The translations under genes were made by a program, and so were the position numbers. Positions 39,701-47,600 of a stretch of DNA of 64,000 nucleotides are shown here, in pieces. Within the stretch, counting starts at the first letter, position 1, and each line of letters begins with the position of its first letter. Under the pieces are notes generated by a model. The model searched no databases. It was not told the origin of the DNA and was given only the letters and a program-made list of their open reading frames with translations. Source of the DNA: Phoronis australis (taxonomy: Eukaryota > Animalia > Phoronida); contig NMRA01000086.1 in NCBI GenBank assembly GCA_002633005.1, forward strand, positions 591,390 through 655,389, written 5' to 3'.

Positions 39701-42700
39701 AAACAAAAGTATTGAAAAGATCACAAATGAATTCCTGTTTTTATTCAATTGTTACGTGCCAGTGAATAATTAACCCTTGTGTTTCTGCATGGTCAGCCCT
39801 TACTCACCGAAACACTGCGGCCTAGTACCCAACGACCACGTAGACGATTGCGTGCACCTGGGCCTGTGGTAGTTTCGTGAACTTCGGCCCATGACGTATC
39901 CTCCTTTACACGTGTACTTGCATTCGTCACCGTAGTAATTGGAAGGACAAGATACTCCTGCGTTTGGAACACTCGAGGGTTGTCCAGGACATCTTATCCC
40001 TTAATAGGTACAAAATTGCGAACTGCTTATAGTCTACATCTGCGTAATATGTAAATTGTCGTTATAATTGAACACATCCGCGCCAATTACAATCAAACCT
40101 GGAGCTTTATTTTGATGACACATTTTCCGCCAAAGTTAAAAGGGTACTTTCTCCCTCCTATAGGGCTGTGGAAATCATAGTAAGATTGACTCTTAATAAA
40201 CTCAGTGGTCTCAAAAGTACTCTAAATGTCCTTGCCGTGATATAAAATGGACTTCCCTGTAAAAAAGGAATTTAAAAAAGTCTGCAATTGATTTGAAGCA
40301 GGGCAATATCGGAAGGGTTGGCCAACCCCTTCGAAACTGAGGTTGTTTTTTACTAGACGATAAAGATAGATTTGGAACAAGCTTCGTATGGTGGAGGTGT
40401 CTAGTTTGTATTTTCGGTAGGGAGTGTAGGATTAAACGTCTTTTGATTTCCTGTTTACTGGCAAGTCGATGAGGGTGAGCAAGGGTTAACTCGGGTTGGC
40501 GTGTATTTAGGCTCCCAAGTTGACTTGTACATAAAGCTGCATCGACAGCCTGAAAAGCGCGTGCGCATGTACGCGAAACTCTTATAACATTGGCGTATAT
40601 TCCAATTGTCACTTAAATATAAGAACTACTTGATGAAAATTTTTAAGAGAGAACACTATAGACAGCTTATAGGGTAGTTGCCTGTGCCTGTCGGTGAAGA
40701 TCAGGCGCATGCGCCTATACGCTTTTTGTTAGACTTCATTTTAGTGCTAACTTATAACATACAATACGTACTTTTGCAACGCATTGAGCCATCCCAGCTA
40801 CCCTTTTTGTTGCAGTACGGGTCGACTGAATTCCTTTGGTATCCGGTGGAACAAGAAAATTGGCAACGCGTCCCGTATATTCCCTTGCACGTTCCTATTC
40901 GCGCATTACTGTCACGTGGTATGCGGCCTTTATTACAAGTAATAACTGAAAAGAGGTAGAAACATGTAAAATAACAAACTGCTGCGCTTACCTTTATCCA
41001 TTGAACCAAATATGACAATTATATGACGAAGGAACGCATTCAGATAAAATTGTCTTTTTGAAGTATGTAAGGACAAGAGCGGAACTATTTTCATTGAAAA
41101 TTATCTCGTCACTGATTTACACAAGACTTACTCTCAAATCCCATCATAATTATTTAATTCAATTATTACCTATAAAAAACTCCGTTCGGGTTCCAAAAGA
41201 TCGAGAAAATATGGAAAATATCAGTTTTACAACAAGCCGTTTTGGAACCAGAAATTTAAGTCCAGTCAGGAAAGGTAGGAAAAAATTGATCAAACCGTTT
41301 TCTTTAAATCTCAAACGGTGAATCATGAATTATATCAATGAAGTTGAGCGATCGTTTGTGTCGAATAAATTATAAGGAAACCTAATATTTGCATGTTTAG
41401 TAAAAATTAGATCTGTAAATAACGTGTTCGGTGACCAAGGTGTTGTTATTTCGGTCATTTCCACTTTCAAGGAAATTGCTAACATTGTCTCGAGTACTCA
41501 TAATTCATGTTGCAGAGGTTACCGGGTAGCGGCCCCATCCAGTCTTTCCTGAAAGGATAATCAGCAAAAAGCCGTCAATGGCCTTTAGTAGTTATCTTGT
41601 GCACTCTCTAGGCCAGAAAAACCTCCTTCCAGAAACATCATAATCTTACTTGTAGCAGATACACCAGTGTGTCCCCCGAATGTGGTACTGGCGTTGAAAC
41701 CCCTTAACACCTGGTAGAGTCTTGTCCAGCTTTTTATGGGCTAAAGAGCAACCTATTGGATGACACTGTTACATGCCTGCAACACATAGTGCATGGCAAC
41801 AAATGGAAACGTCTGTCCATTTTCATAAAGAAGACCTGCAGACTTGAAAATTTCCTTCACCAAGAACCATAACGGGGCTCTCGTGCTTTTTGCTCAGGTA
41901 CAATGGGCCCAACCATGAGGCCTGCGCACGTCTGATGCACCGCAAATGACATCAGGCCACCTGTACTTTTTGCACCTGGTAGTTCTATACATCGACGCTT
42001 GAAAGTTAAGAGCTAATTCCACCGAAATAAATTAACTCACCACTGACATGCAGCGAAACCATACACCTGCCGCTGTGACCGCAGTCGTCTCTACAATAGT
42101 GCGTCACTTTATATGTCCCTTCCTCCAAACGATCTCCAGATTTGATCTTTCGCCGAGGTTCTGAAGTTTGACTGCAAACATGGCTGAAATAATAGAAAAC
42201 ATCAGCACAATTATGCAAAAATACACTTCCAGCTAAAATGACTACTACTCTCCTTTAACTCTATAGTTTTGGCACTGAACCATCGAGAACTCGGGACGGT
42301 CAAAAGAAGATATAGGTCGACTCTGCTGTAGTCGCAAAGGGTTAAAAATTTACTTTGGAATCTTTTTTACCATGCCTTGGCTTATGCAAGGTTAATTTGA
42401 AGTCTTTGGCCCAGAGAGGTGAAATTGTGTCTATACGGTTTTACAAGCCGGAAAAAATGCCGACCGCTATCACAGGATTACTGTAGTATAGCTACGTAAC
42501 ATACAGAGATCATGTCGATAGAACATGTTTTGAAAGCATTAGAAGTATCAAGACCTTTTGCCAAATCAGTTCGATCTTGAATAATGGGAAAAGCGTGCTA
42601 TATATTTTATTGCCCATCACTTCTCGAAAATTGGGTGAATCGTGCAGCTCGAACTCCTACTGTGTGCGAAAGACAGTAGGTCTGTTCGGAACGAAATAAA

Positions 42701-44637
42701 ACTGCGGTAGACCTCGTCTGTTGCATATCGTAGAATATTCATCTTACTTGTCATATGAAACAGACGCGAAATGTGCGTTAGTGCCGAGGATCATTTCAGT
42801 GTCTAAAATCGCACTCAGCGCACGGACCTCCTATTCAAGCTCTGTCAGCCAACTTCTGAAATCAGGGCAACAGCAATGTGCTTACCAACAGCTGCACACT
42901 GGTTTATCCCAAACGACAACTTGTGACGTGCTGCCAGATGAAGCAATGAATCTATGTTCCTTCTTCGGACACGAAAGTCTGAAACAGCTGCTGGATCCGC
43001 CACGTCGACGACTACACATTTCTGCAATTGATCAAATTGAAGCGTTATGCACACTACGACGCTGAAAATGATTGTATTGTATTGTGCTTTACGAAGAGTG
43101 ACTAGACTGAACTCTGATATAACATGCCCGAATTTTGAGAACCAGTTTTCTCCAATAAATGACGGGCATCAAACTGCGGTTCTCAACATAAGGGCACGTT
43201 ATATCAGACTATTGTCGTCTAGGGTTTTTGGCGGATTTAAAGGGGGCCAAGGGGGGCATTTCGATTCGGTAAACAGGTCTTCGGTTCGGAAATTTCCGGT
43301 TCGGTACGCAAATCAAGATTGAGAATAAAAATCAAATATTTTGTTTTGAAACAGTGTATTTTAGCAACACGTTTTAACTAATTAAAACTAGTTGTTAAAA
43401 ATACTCATTTCAGGCTGTTTTACAAAAATATAGCTCATCAACATGCTTTGGAGACAGTGATGTCAGCGGTCGTTGAATCTAAAACAAAGGCATGAATCTC
43501 TTGTTTCAGTTTTCAAACGGAGGATACCAAATGTCACACCAGCAGAGTAACTTGTGTTTGACTTAACTGCCATTAATTCCAATAGGAATTTTATTTTGGC
43601 CCAAATGACAGGCCTACATAGATAGGTACTGGAGTTCCACAGTAACTTTGAGATGCCACAGTAATTCAGTCTAAATAGCAGTTTTGTATTAAACAGAAAG
43701 GCTTGCATCTCACGATTCAACCAATGTCAATTGTAATAATGTGTGACGGCTGTTTAAAAATTCATAGCAACGAACAAATGCTGAAATAGACCATGGCATC
43801 GACTCAATGGATTCATCTTGATCGTACTTGACAGTCAGGTAGCATGTTTTGCGCTGTGCTCGTTTTTCGTCAACCTGGTCGGGAGTAAAATACTGCCACA
43901 CCGGCGACTTATTCGCTTTCTTTGACTTGATGTGCTACTTAATTGCAATTTGTTATCGTAAAGCACCTTTATAGCAGTTTCCTAATACCACTAATTGCGG
44001 AATTGCATGGTTGAAAACCAGTAGATGTAAACTGCGCCATGTAGAGGCAAAAAAGGAAATCACAACAGGTCATGGTTCACGCGGTCGAAAATATTGTAAT
44101 TTATGCATATATTTTGCCCAAATAATTAACTTAAGACGCAGTAGCGACTGGATCAGATGTTCGGTACATCGGTATTTCAAAATTTCCGTACCGTTACGAA
44201 CAGCACCGAAAAAATCTCGGTTCGGTTGTGTGTCGTGTACCGTCTTAGACACAGTAGTGACCAAATGCTTGTGCTCTAGTTGAGAGCACTGGGGAAAACA
44301 ACAGTACTTAGCAAACGGGTTCCTCCTAACTTAAAAAGATCTCAATATAAAGAATTATAAAAACTCAGATGTGCACAGACTTTGAGTCTGGTTTAGGAAA
44401 AACAAGATCATAATAAAAAGTTATCAGTTCTTAGAACAGTTGAACAGTACTTCGAGTATCACTTCCTTTTCAACTGTCGTTTGTGAAATATATGGTTTGA
44501 TTTGCATGTGTGTTATTCTTACCAGCCTGGTGTATCAGCATGGAAAGAACCAATACTGTAAGCCATGCGCCGAAGAACGCCTTATCATAACGAAGCCGTA
44601 AAACACTGTCCGCCGTGTAGACTCTGCTCTGACGCAT
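4577..44637 (-). CDS. Multi-exon gene for a large extracellular mosaic protein (sushi/CCP, HYR, GCC2_GCC3, EGF, TSP1); SVEP1-like in part, continues beyond the left part of the window
   Basis: 25 exons with AG acceptors and GT (one GC) donors, nearly all phase 1-1 and each matching one domain; reading frame is continuous except between 18149 and 14476, where a phase 0-to-1 exon appears to be missing (probably lost at the n join at 15345). Confidence 0.88.
5381..5476 (-). CDS. Mosaic gene exon: EGF domain (first five Cys)
   Basis: PLACDANPCHNNGSCVNNGSSYFCNCPHGYE-G; 96 nt; G|GTATGG donor. Confidence 0.87.
5739..7540. mobile_element. Decayed THAP-bearing DNA transposon region (Kolobok-like), spanning a gap
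   Basis: Plus strand after the gap: SPNSVIWSKHFSADCF (THAP C-terminal CSxHF motif) followed by a GTAAGT donor. Minus strand: Cys-rich remnant at 6029-6190 and an acidic GPCRFEP remnant at about 7230-7470. Starts at TTAA-AGAGG. Boundaries are approximate. Confidence 0.45.
7888..8058 (-). CDS. Mosaic gene exon: thrombospondin type-1 repeat
   Basis: [42 protein letters not shown]; 171 nt. Confidence 0.92.
8750..8920 (-). CDS. Mosaic gene exon: thrombospondin type-1 repeat
   Basis: [42 protein letters not shown]; 171 nt. Confidence 0.92.
9202..9372 (-). CDS. Mosaic gene exon: thrombospondin type-1 repeat
   Basis: [42 protein letters not shown]; 171 nt. Confidence 0.92.
9527..9614. repeat. 22-bp tandem repeat x4 (GCATTTTCAACGCCACGTGTGA)
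   Basis: Four near-identical copies read directly. Confidence 0.95.
9665..9796 (-). CDS. Mosaic gene exon: end of previous EGF plus second EGF domain (not in ORF track)
   Basis: GENCTMFDCSYHKCQNNGSCIPFVYGYNCTCADDFVGDRCQHQI; 132 nt. Confidence 0.88.
   Translation of the reverse strand, partial: EKTALCLIVLTTSARTTGLASPSFMAIIVLVRTTLSVIGASTK
9950..11380 (-). mobile_element. Possible highly decayed non-LTR (CR1/L2-like) retrotransposon fragments
   Basis: Coding-like composition without an intact ORF; minus-strand fragment SYNDLCENLG resembles the post-RT region of CR1/L2 ORF2; weak. Confidence 0.3.
12050..12145 (-). CDS. Mosaic gene exon: calcium-binding EGF domain (first five Cys), GC donor
   Basis: IDDCASAPCQNDGLCVDGRNSYRCECKERYA-G; donor AG|GCAAGT; the sixth Cys is supplied by the next exon (GENC). 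Confidence 0.85.
12560..14140 (+). mobile_element. Non-autonomous Helentron-type (HINE/DINE-1-like) element with an internal array of about 145-bp units
   Basis: Nine recurring units each centred on GCCACTAGGNGGCGC, three-unit higher-order period of about 425-455 bp, then a GGAC-type microsatellite (14054-14090) and an imperfect terminal hairpin ATGCGTCCACATA..TATGCGGGCACAT. Confidence 0.7.
14309..14476 (-). CDS. Mosaic gene exon: GCC2_GCC3 / ephrin-receptor-like Cys repeat
   Basis: TCPAGYY..CSRCPIGQYQDTMGQEQCKQCPLGTSSITTGAKNITACL; 168 nt. Confidence 0.9.
17314..17583 (+). mobile_element. Penelope-like retroelement 3' remnant (GIY-YIG endonuclease C-terminus)
   Basis: RPLETRIDEHKR..SGVAEHMW..HNIQWNNIRILDSE..RKIKEAMY matches the typical PLE endonuclease pattern R..EH..S..AEH..H...W....L..E..R...EA. 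Confidence 0.85.
17613..17692 (+). repeat. tRNA-derived SINE head or tRNA pseudogene
   Basis: A box GTGGCGTAGTGGTTAAG and B-box-like GGGTACAAATCC; cloverleaf degenerate. Confidence 0.55.
18149..18393 (-). CDS. Mosaic gene exon 17: Cys-containing linker with furin-type RKKR site
   Basis: TRRPGALKLDSRLYYKGKCGD..HCDDPANNCTAENVVVMCGPLTRKKRAMETRIEKSLIQE; phase 1 to 0. Confidence 0.82.
18970..19155 (-). CDS. Mosaic gene exon 16: sushi-like domain following HYR (not in ORF track)
   Basis: KACAALKPPENGALACSQLFFVLTCAMQCQDKYDIPRGIMVTDNFICSGGLWSYTEVPDCV; 186 nt. Confidence 0.87.
19262..19460. repeat. (TACA)n/(TA)n microsatellite
   Basis: Read directly; explains the spurious MYVC-repeat ORFs. Confidence 0.95.
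20453..20701 (-). CDS. Mosaic gene exon 15: HYR domain
   Basis: DEAPTVLNCSSGLNVTT..LGLGKHIVSCMGYESEILRRSTCVYTINIE; 249 nt. Confidence 0.85.
21878..23367 (+). mobile_element. Kolobok-type DNA transposon with about 155-bp TIRs, TTAA target duplication and a THAP start; interior in gap
   Basis: TTAA|AGGCGAAGGCAACC... at 21874 and ...GGTTGCCTTCGCCT|TTAA at 23371; arms are near-perfect reverse complements; ORF at 22134 begins MPHCCCVPGCTN (THAP N-terminus). Confidence 0.82.
23800..23994 (-). CDS. Mosaic gene exon 14: sushi/CCP domain
   Basis: VKCNQSLPGIAHGNVNCSGNAYGNVCTYTCDSGY..RTCGAGGEWEGSIALPECW; 195 nt. Confidence 0.9.
24610..24685 (-). repeat. tRNA-derived SINE head or tRNA pseudogene
   Basis: Minus strand GATAGCTCAGTGG (A box) and GGTTCGAACCCC (B box); anticodon-like stem TCTGC/GTAGA; acceptor stem does not pair. 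Confidence 0.6.
25495..25662 (-). CDS. Mosaic gene exon 13: sushi/CCP domain
   Basis: LKCTAKTSPANGQLDDCDDVTGSQCYYSCNTGY..TNCSNGQWSEDIGCS; 168 nt. Confidence 0.9.
26096..26341 (-). CDS. Mosaic gene exon 12: HYR domain
   Basis: DKPPFMTGCLKDFEVLT..VLCSGTDHEIGRYATCEFTVTVT; 246 nt. Confidence 0.87.
27292..27362. mobile_element. Tiny MITE with CATGGGCGGCGCA terminal inverted repeats; related copy at 32643-32698
   Basis: CATGGGCGGCGCA..TGCGCCGCCCATG read directly; the second copy shares ends and the GAGCTATAG core. Confidence 0.65.
27654..29052. repeat. Direct duplication of about 375 bp (27654-28030 and 28678-29052) flanking a satellite
   Basis: Both copies start GTTCCACAGACTCAAGTATTTTG and run to ATGAATTAT with scattered substitutions; the second begins right after the n at 28677. 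Confidence 0.9.
28047..28592. repeat. AACCATGGTT-rich palindromic satellite with an 87-bp higher-order unit
   Basis: Many CCATGG palindromes; AAATGGCCAACCATGGTTGACTATGCTTCTGACCAT recurs near 28194, 28287 and 28380 (spacing about 93 there; unit length approximate). Confidence 0.9.
29246..29434 (-). CDS. Mosaic gene exon 11: sushi/CCP domain
   Basis: KSCTEPPQIVNGATNCSTWTYGSSCPYHCDYGY..RCMADTHWSPKTGPKCW; 189 nt. Confidence 0.9.
30200..30812 (+). mobile_element. Shorter, older copy of the HINE-like family seen at 12560-14140
   Basis: AAATTGCCACTAGAG, AAATTTCATGAAAATC units and terminal GACGGCATAACGCCACACACATA..GGGTGCACAAA similar to 14095-14138. Confidence 0.55.
30854..31027 (-). CDS. Mosaic gene exon 10: sushi/CCP domain (not in ORF track)
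   Basis: IVCEPLIPPDNGKLVDSCQNTYESVCTYSCNDGYDLATVSQISCNETGDWNVIPHCK; 174 nt. Confidence 0.9.
31322..31564 (+). repeat. Dispersed repeat, copy 1 (inverted relative to 39196-39430)
   Basis: About 240 bp reverse-complement match, e.g. TATCCACCTTCACTCTTATCAGGCTTCTATTGTGAGTCAGCATG. Confidence 0.9.
31688..31927 (-). CDS. Mosaic gene exon 9: HYR domain
   Basis: DEDPKIFYCPSDIMIKTGSLPV..VNCSATDGELRRSSFCAFNITVD; 240 nt. Confidence 0.88.
32218..32409 (-). CDS. Mosaic gene exon 8: sushi/CCP domain
   Basis: GKCPGLPPSVSNARVNCSDVTYGSTCKHVCNDGY..VCTGALRWSTGKLPQCY; 192 nt. Confidence 0.9.
33520..33693 (-). CDS. Mosaic gene exon 7: sushi/CCP domain
   Basis: VTCTPLKPPVNGRIDGECPNGYRSTCKYVCNEGY..TCQVDGNWSVVPHCE; 174 nt. 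Confidence 0.9.
37669..37908 (-). CDS. Mosaic gene exon 6: HYR domain
   Basis: NEAPTVTLCPDNFTVKTG..VVCSATDEEIGRMSTCTYNVTID; 240 nt, phase 1-1. Confidence 0.88.
39196..39430 (-). repeat. Dispersed repeat, copy 2 (inverted relative to 31322-31564)
   Basis: CATGCTGACTCACAATAGAAGCCTGATAAGAGTGAAGGTGGATA is the exact reverse complement of copy 1. Confidence 0.9.
39808..39999 (-). CDS. Mosaic gene exon 5: sushi/CCP domain (not in ORF track)
   Basis: IRCPGQPSSVPNAGVSCPSNYYGDECKYTCKGGYVMGRSSRNYHRPRCTQSSTWSLGTRPQCF; 192 nt; GTGAGT donor. Confidence 0.88.
40772..40945 (-). CDS. Mosaic gene exon 4: sushi/CCP domain
   Basis: ITCNKG..GTCKGIYGTRCQFSCSTGY..PYCNKKGSWDGSMRCK; 174 nt, phase 1-1. Confidence 0.88.
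42041..42183 (-). CDS. Mosaic gene exon 3: second half of HYR-like domain
   Basis: TTTCAG acceptor; HVCSQTSEPRRKIKSGDRLEEGTYKVTHYCRDDCGHSGRCMVSLHVS; GTGAGT donor, phase 2 to 1. Confidence 0.8.
42886..43021 (-). CDS. Mosaic gene exon 2: first half of divergent HYR-like domain
   Basis: TTGCAG acceptor; EMCSRRRGGSSSCFRLSCPKKEHRFIASSGSTSQVVVWDKPVCSC; TG|GTAAGC donor, phase 1 to 2, joins exon 3 in frame. Confidence 0.7.
43255..44250 (-). mobile_element. Decayed hAT-family DNA transposon with BED zinc-finger remnant
   Basis: Minus strand SKKANKSPVWQYFTPDQVDEKRAQRKTCYLTVKY (BED finger, first Cys mutated) near 43830-43925; TTCGGT-rich subterminal arrays at both ends. Confidence 0.6.
44523..44637 (-). 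CDS. Mosaic gene exon 1: start codon and signal peptide
   Basis: MRQSRVYTADSVLRLRYDKAFFGAWLTVLVLSMLIHQA, hydrophobic core, then G|GTAAGA donor, phase 1 matching the next exon. Confidence 0.7.
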
Positions 44638-47600
44638 CGTTGGCGCAATCAAAATTCTTGTCTGTCAGATGTCTTTCTAAAACGAATTTAGATAATGCTG
44701 AAGCCTACTTAAGAGTAATTGTCTGAGAAAATCATGCTAATCCCGGAACATGTTTGTCCTCTGGACTGCATAAAATTGTGATAATATATTCGTAATTTGG
44801 AAATAGACACTCTCGGGAGACACAACCGGACAACCATGACTCCCCTGGTCTTTGCAAAGAAGCCCTCGGCAGGTCGAAGTTCATTCTAACATTATCTGAA
44901 ACTCCCTGTTCATTGCAAAGGTGCCCAGGTTTATAACCATTTAGCCCCCTCCACCCCGTTGAATACTACTGTGACTAAATCTAAAATATAATGGGAATAG
45001 TGAAAAGCCTGAAATGATGATTCTAGTTGAGAAAAGTGTCCAGTTAGTATTAGAATTCTGCTGAAGCGAAATAGAATAGTCAGGCATTTCTAATTCGTTA
45101 GAAACGCCTGAAATGCTTCGTTAGAAAACATTGTAAATTTGTTATTCAAAACCTGAAAAGCATACCCAAAGCCCGCAATGCGCTTTACAGTAGCCATAAA
45201 AGGGTATTTTAGAGTTGTGCCACAGCAGTAATTAAAGCAAGCAACTGCATAGTGAGGGGCAAAACTAGGAGTTCTAGTTTGGGGGGGTGTCGAACTTAAT
45301 TTTTAAATCACAGATCGTCAATTCTCGCCATTGGCTGCCAAATTATGCGCTGAAATCCAGGCCGGTGGTTTTATGCGTTAAAGAGGCATGGAACGCGAAA
45401 GCTCGTCAAAAATATCTTTTGAACAATTTCTGAAGACGCTACATTATCGCATCGTCTACTACAGAGTTATTCATTTTCTCCTGTGAGAAAATTTCAAAAA
45501 ATGACAAAATTTACGATTGTTGAATGCGTGCGAAGGAAAAACTAGTCAATACAGAATTTCTAATCTCTCCCCCACTTAGATAAATGCGCGCATGCGCTCA
45601 CAGTAATCCGACAAATAGCTGAATGAGAAGAGGGATGTTAACGGCCGGTAACTTACTATGTGTGATCGCACTCCGAATCTGAGGTCGACAGCACACAGTA
45701 TGAGGCATGCCAGTGAAGTAAGCAATTTCCAAAAATAAGTGCATTTTAGAATATATTTCGATACTACGATACCTTTATAACTAGATAGCTAGGACTTATA
45801 ATAATTTCCTCATAATCGGACTGGCTGCTGCTTAAAATCGCCATTGTTTCGTTTAGGTCAAAGATCATATTTTCCATGGTTACGTCTATGTCTTGCCATA
45901 ACCACATAAGGAGACCTTGTGGGAAAAAATCGACGAAGTGACGGGCAGTTGACAGATCGTTTAATTAAATTTGATACTAAAAGAAAAATGCTTTGACATC
46001 AACAGAAATTCAAAATCTTTACGAACAAACCGTAAAAATACCTTGTGAGCGGGTTGAATTCAGCTTCAGTGCCCGACAATCGCTCTGAAGAATACAATTC
46101 AGTCTGTTTTTCGCGTTCCAGGCCTCTTCAAAGAGACCGATAAAGAAGTGATTTTCTGAAATCAGCCTCAGCTAGTGCCGGAATCGATCCTGCCGAATCC
46201 TGAAGTCGCAGCAGAACGTTCTGTTGAAGGACCTAAACCTGATTCTATAAATAGCCGCTGTATTTTAAAGGCCTGCTATGGTGCTAAAATAACTATTCTT
46301 ATACCTAAAATTCATGTACTGATGAAAAAACAGTAAAAGCCTAATACTGTGCCAAAACGACTATTTTAACATCTAAAATACATTTATGGGTAAAAAACAC
46401 AAAATACTGTGTCATAGCACATGCGCCCACCCAGACTTTAATATGGGGGGCTCGAATTTCGGGCGATGTGGTCTTTTTGCGGACACAGGAAAAGTTCGCT
46501 TTTACAGACGGTGTCACTACAAGAAAGCGCTCGAAACTGTTTAACAGTTTTCCAAAAAAGAAGACAACCAATCCGAAAGGCACCAACTACCAGTGTTATG
46601 ATGTCTACTAAATAGTGTAGTCAAACGCTTTCAATTGGAAACAGACTAAAAATAATACAGAAAACCTCTTAGGTATGAAAATACCTGACGGTGGTGTCAG
46701 CGACAGTCAGCGAAATGGGCTTGAAGCTCGTCGATGAAATTGGCACTCTTTAATTTGCCTCGTCAGAACCACTGGCGACTAGAGACGGCGTTCACCTCAC
46801 GCATCAGTAGTGTGACTGCGACGAGACATACAGGGAAGTGAAACACTCAACTGTGTTTTTTGTTTTTTCTCCGTCGTGTTCATATAATGGACCGCAATCG
46901 CCGATTGTGACGACTTTCAAATGATTGGGCAAGTTCTGAAGCAAAACTTGTTTTCAGTTTATTCTGATATTGTCGTACTTAAGCTAAAATCAAAACCGAG
47001 AAACTAGGACTGCGTTGCCAACGGATCACAGTTCAGTCAGAAACTGTCAACTTTGATAGATTGAGCTCTCGGAATAAAGATAGCACTCTTTATATAAATG
47101 TTAAATAAAATCGCAAATTTCGGGCAAAACTATCAATGTAAGGCTTGTGTGGAAGGTATAAATTGTCGTGAAAATAATGATTTTCTAAAAACACGCTGTC
47201 GCGTAATATCACGAAACCTAATCACAGCACAAAGGGTGATTTTTTTGCGTGTCTCGTTATATTTATGTCTCAAATGCCTTGTTTTTAAACCTAGAAAGAG
47301 GGTCACTATTAGTGAAATGGCAACTGCGTGAATAAACTCATCAATGCGTTTCTATGATCCTCCAAAATATATAGCTTCTTAGCACATGTGTAAGTTGTAT
47401 ACCCAGTCTTTACTTCGTACCAGTTTCAGTTCCCTGAGTTTTAGTTAAAGTATTTGTATTATTGCCATGTGGGAGGCTTTCATTGTTTAAAGCGGTCGTG
47501 TAAAGAAAACAAAATGGAGTATTTATTCAATAGCATAAAGGCTACCTGCCTGTATACAAATACAATGAAAATTATGGCACTTCATGATGTCACAAAAATC

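Noticed and set aside
41650-41740. Possible extra minus-strand exon (AG...GTAAGA) between exons 3 and 4
   Set aside because: Phase-incompatible with flanking exons and no domain similarity; exons 3 and 4 already join in frame
4577-44637. Assigning gene symbol SVEP1
   Set aside because: No vWA or pentraxin domain seen and TSP1 repeats are present; orthology is unsupported
45657-45845. Hydrophobic stretch LLTSLACLILCAV before a GTAAGT donor as an alternative signal-peptide exon
   Set aside because: No in-frame ATG before an upstream stop; at most a 5' UTR exon
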